Positions 63,765 through 64,000 of a stretch of 64,000 nt of DNA are shown piece by piece (within the stretch, counting starts at the first letter, position 1; each line of letters starts with the position of its first letter). Under the pieces are notes generated by a model, which was not told the DNA's origin, ran no database searches, and was given only the letters and a program-made list of their open reading frames with translations. Made by a program: the position numbers and the translations under genes. This DNA is from Octopus sinensis (Eukaryota), in the NCBI RefSeq assembly GCF_006345805.1, contig NC_043008.1:78554001-78618000 (forward strand), in the 5' to 3' direction.

Positions 63765-64000
63765 CGCAGGAGTGGCTGTGTGGTAAGTAGCTTGCTAAAC
63801 AACCACATGGTTCCGGGTTCAGTCCCACTGCGTGGCATCTTGGGCAAGTGTCTTCTGCTATAGCCCTGGGCCGACCAATGCCTTGTGAGTGGATTTGGTA
63901 GACGGAAACTGAAAGAAGCCTGTCGTATATATGTATATATATGTATGTGTGTGTGTTTGTGTGTCTGAGTTTGTCCCCCTAGCATTGCTTGACAACCGAT
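63762..64000 (+). mobile_element. tRNA-derived SINE running off the window end
   Basis: GTGGCTGTGTGGTAAG A box, GGGTTCAGTCCC B box, CTTGGGCAAG core; same family as 53490. Confidence 0.88.

Overview
Eukaryotic, AT-rich, microsatellite-dense DNA made almost entirely of decayed, nested transposable elements. The SINE families and the mix of elements are consistent with an octopod cephalopod genome (inference from remembered repeat sequences, not from a search). Recognisable elements: Penelope-like retroelements (PLEs) of at least two RT lineages, an R4/Dong LINE, a HERO-type LINE, Tx1/L1-like, CR1-like and RTE LINEs, four mariner copies, a Tigger/pogo element, two Helitrons and tRNA-derived SINEs. 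No intact host gene, rRNA, true tRNA or CRISPR array is supported; only one or two short candidate host exons. The most interesting structure is (i) three sequence-unrelated fold-back units carrying type I hammerhead ribozyme motifs, one nearly intact at 54026-54106 on the minus strand; (ii) a 2.85-kb internally deleted Helitron with both termini and its A|T target intact, whose RepHel N- and C-termini are fused in frame around a 69-bp repeat array; and (iii) several rearrangement scars (templated filler in a mariner, an inverted split Tx1 element, an in-frame deleted HERO). Most ORFs in the supplied track are microsatellite or antisense artefacts. Element boundaries are approximate unless stated otherwise.
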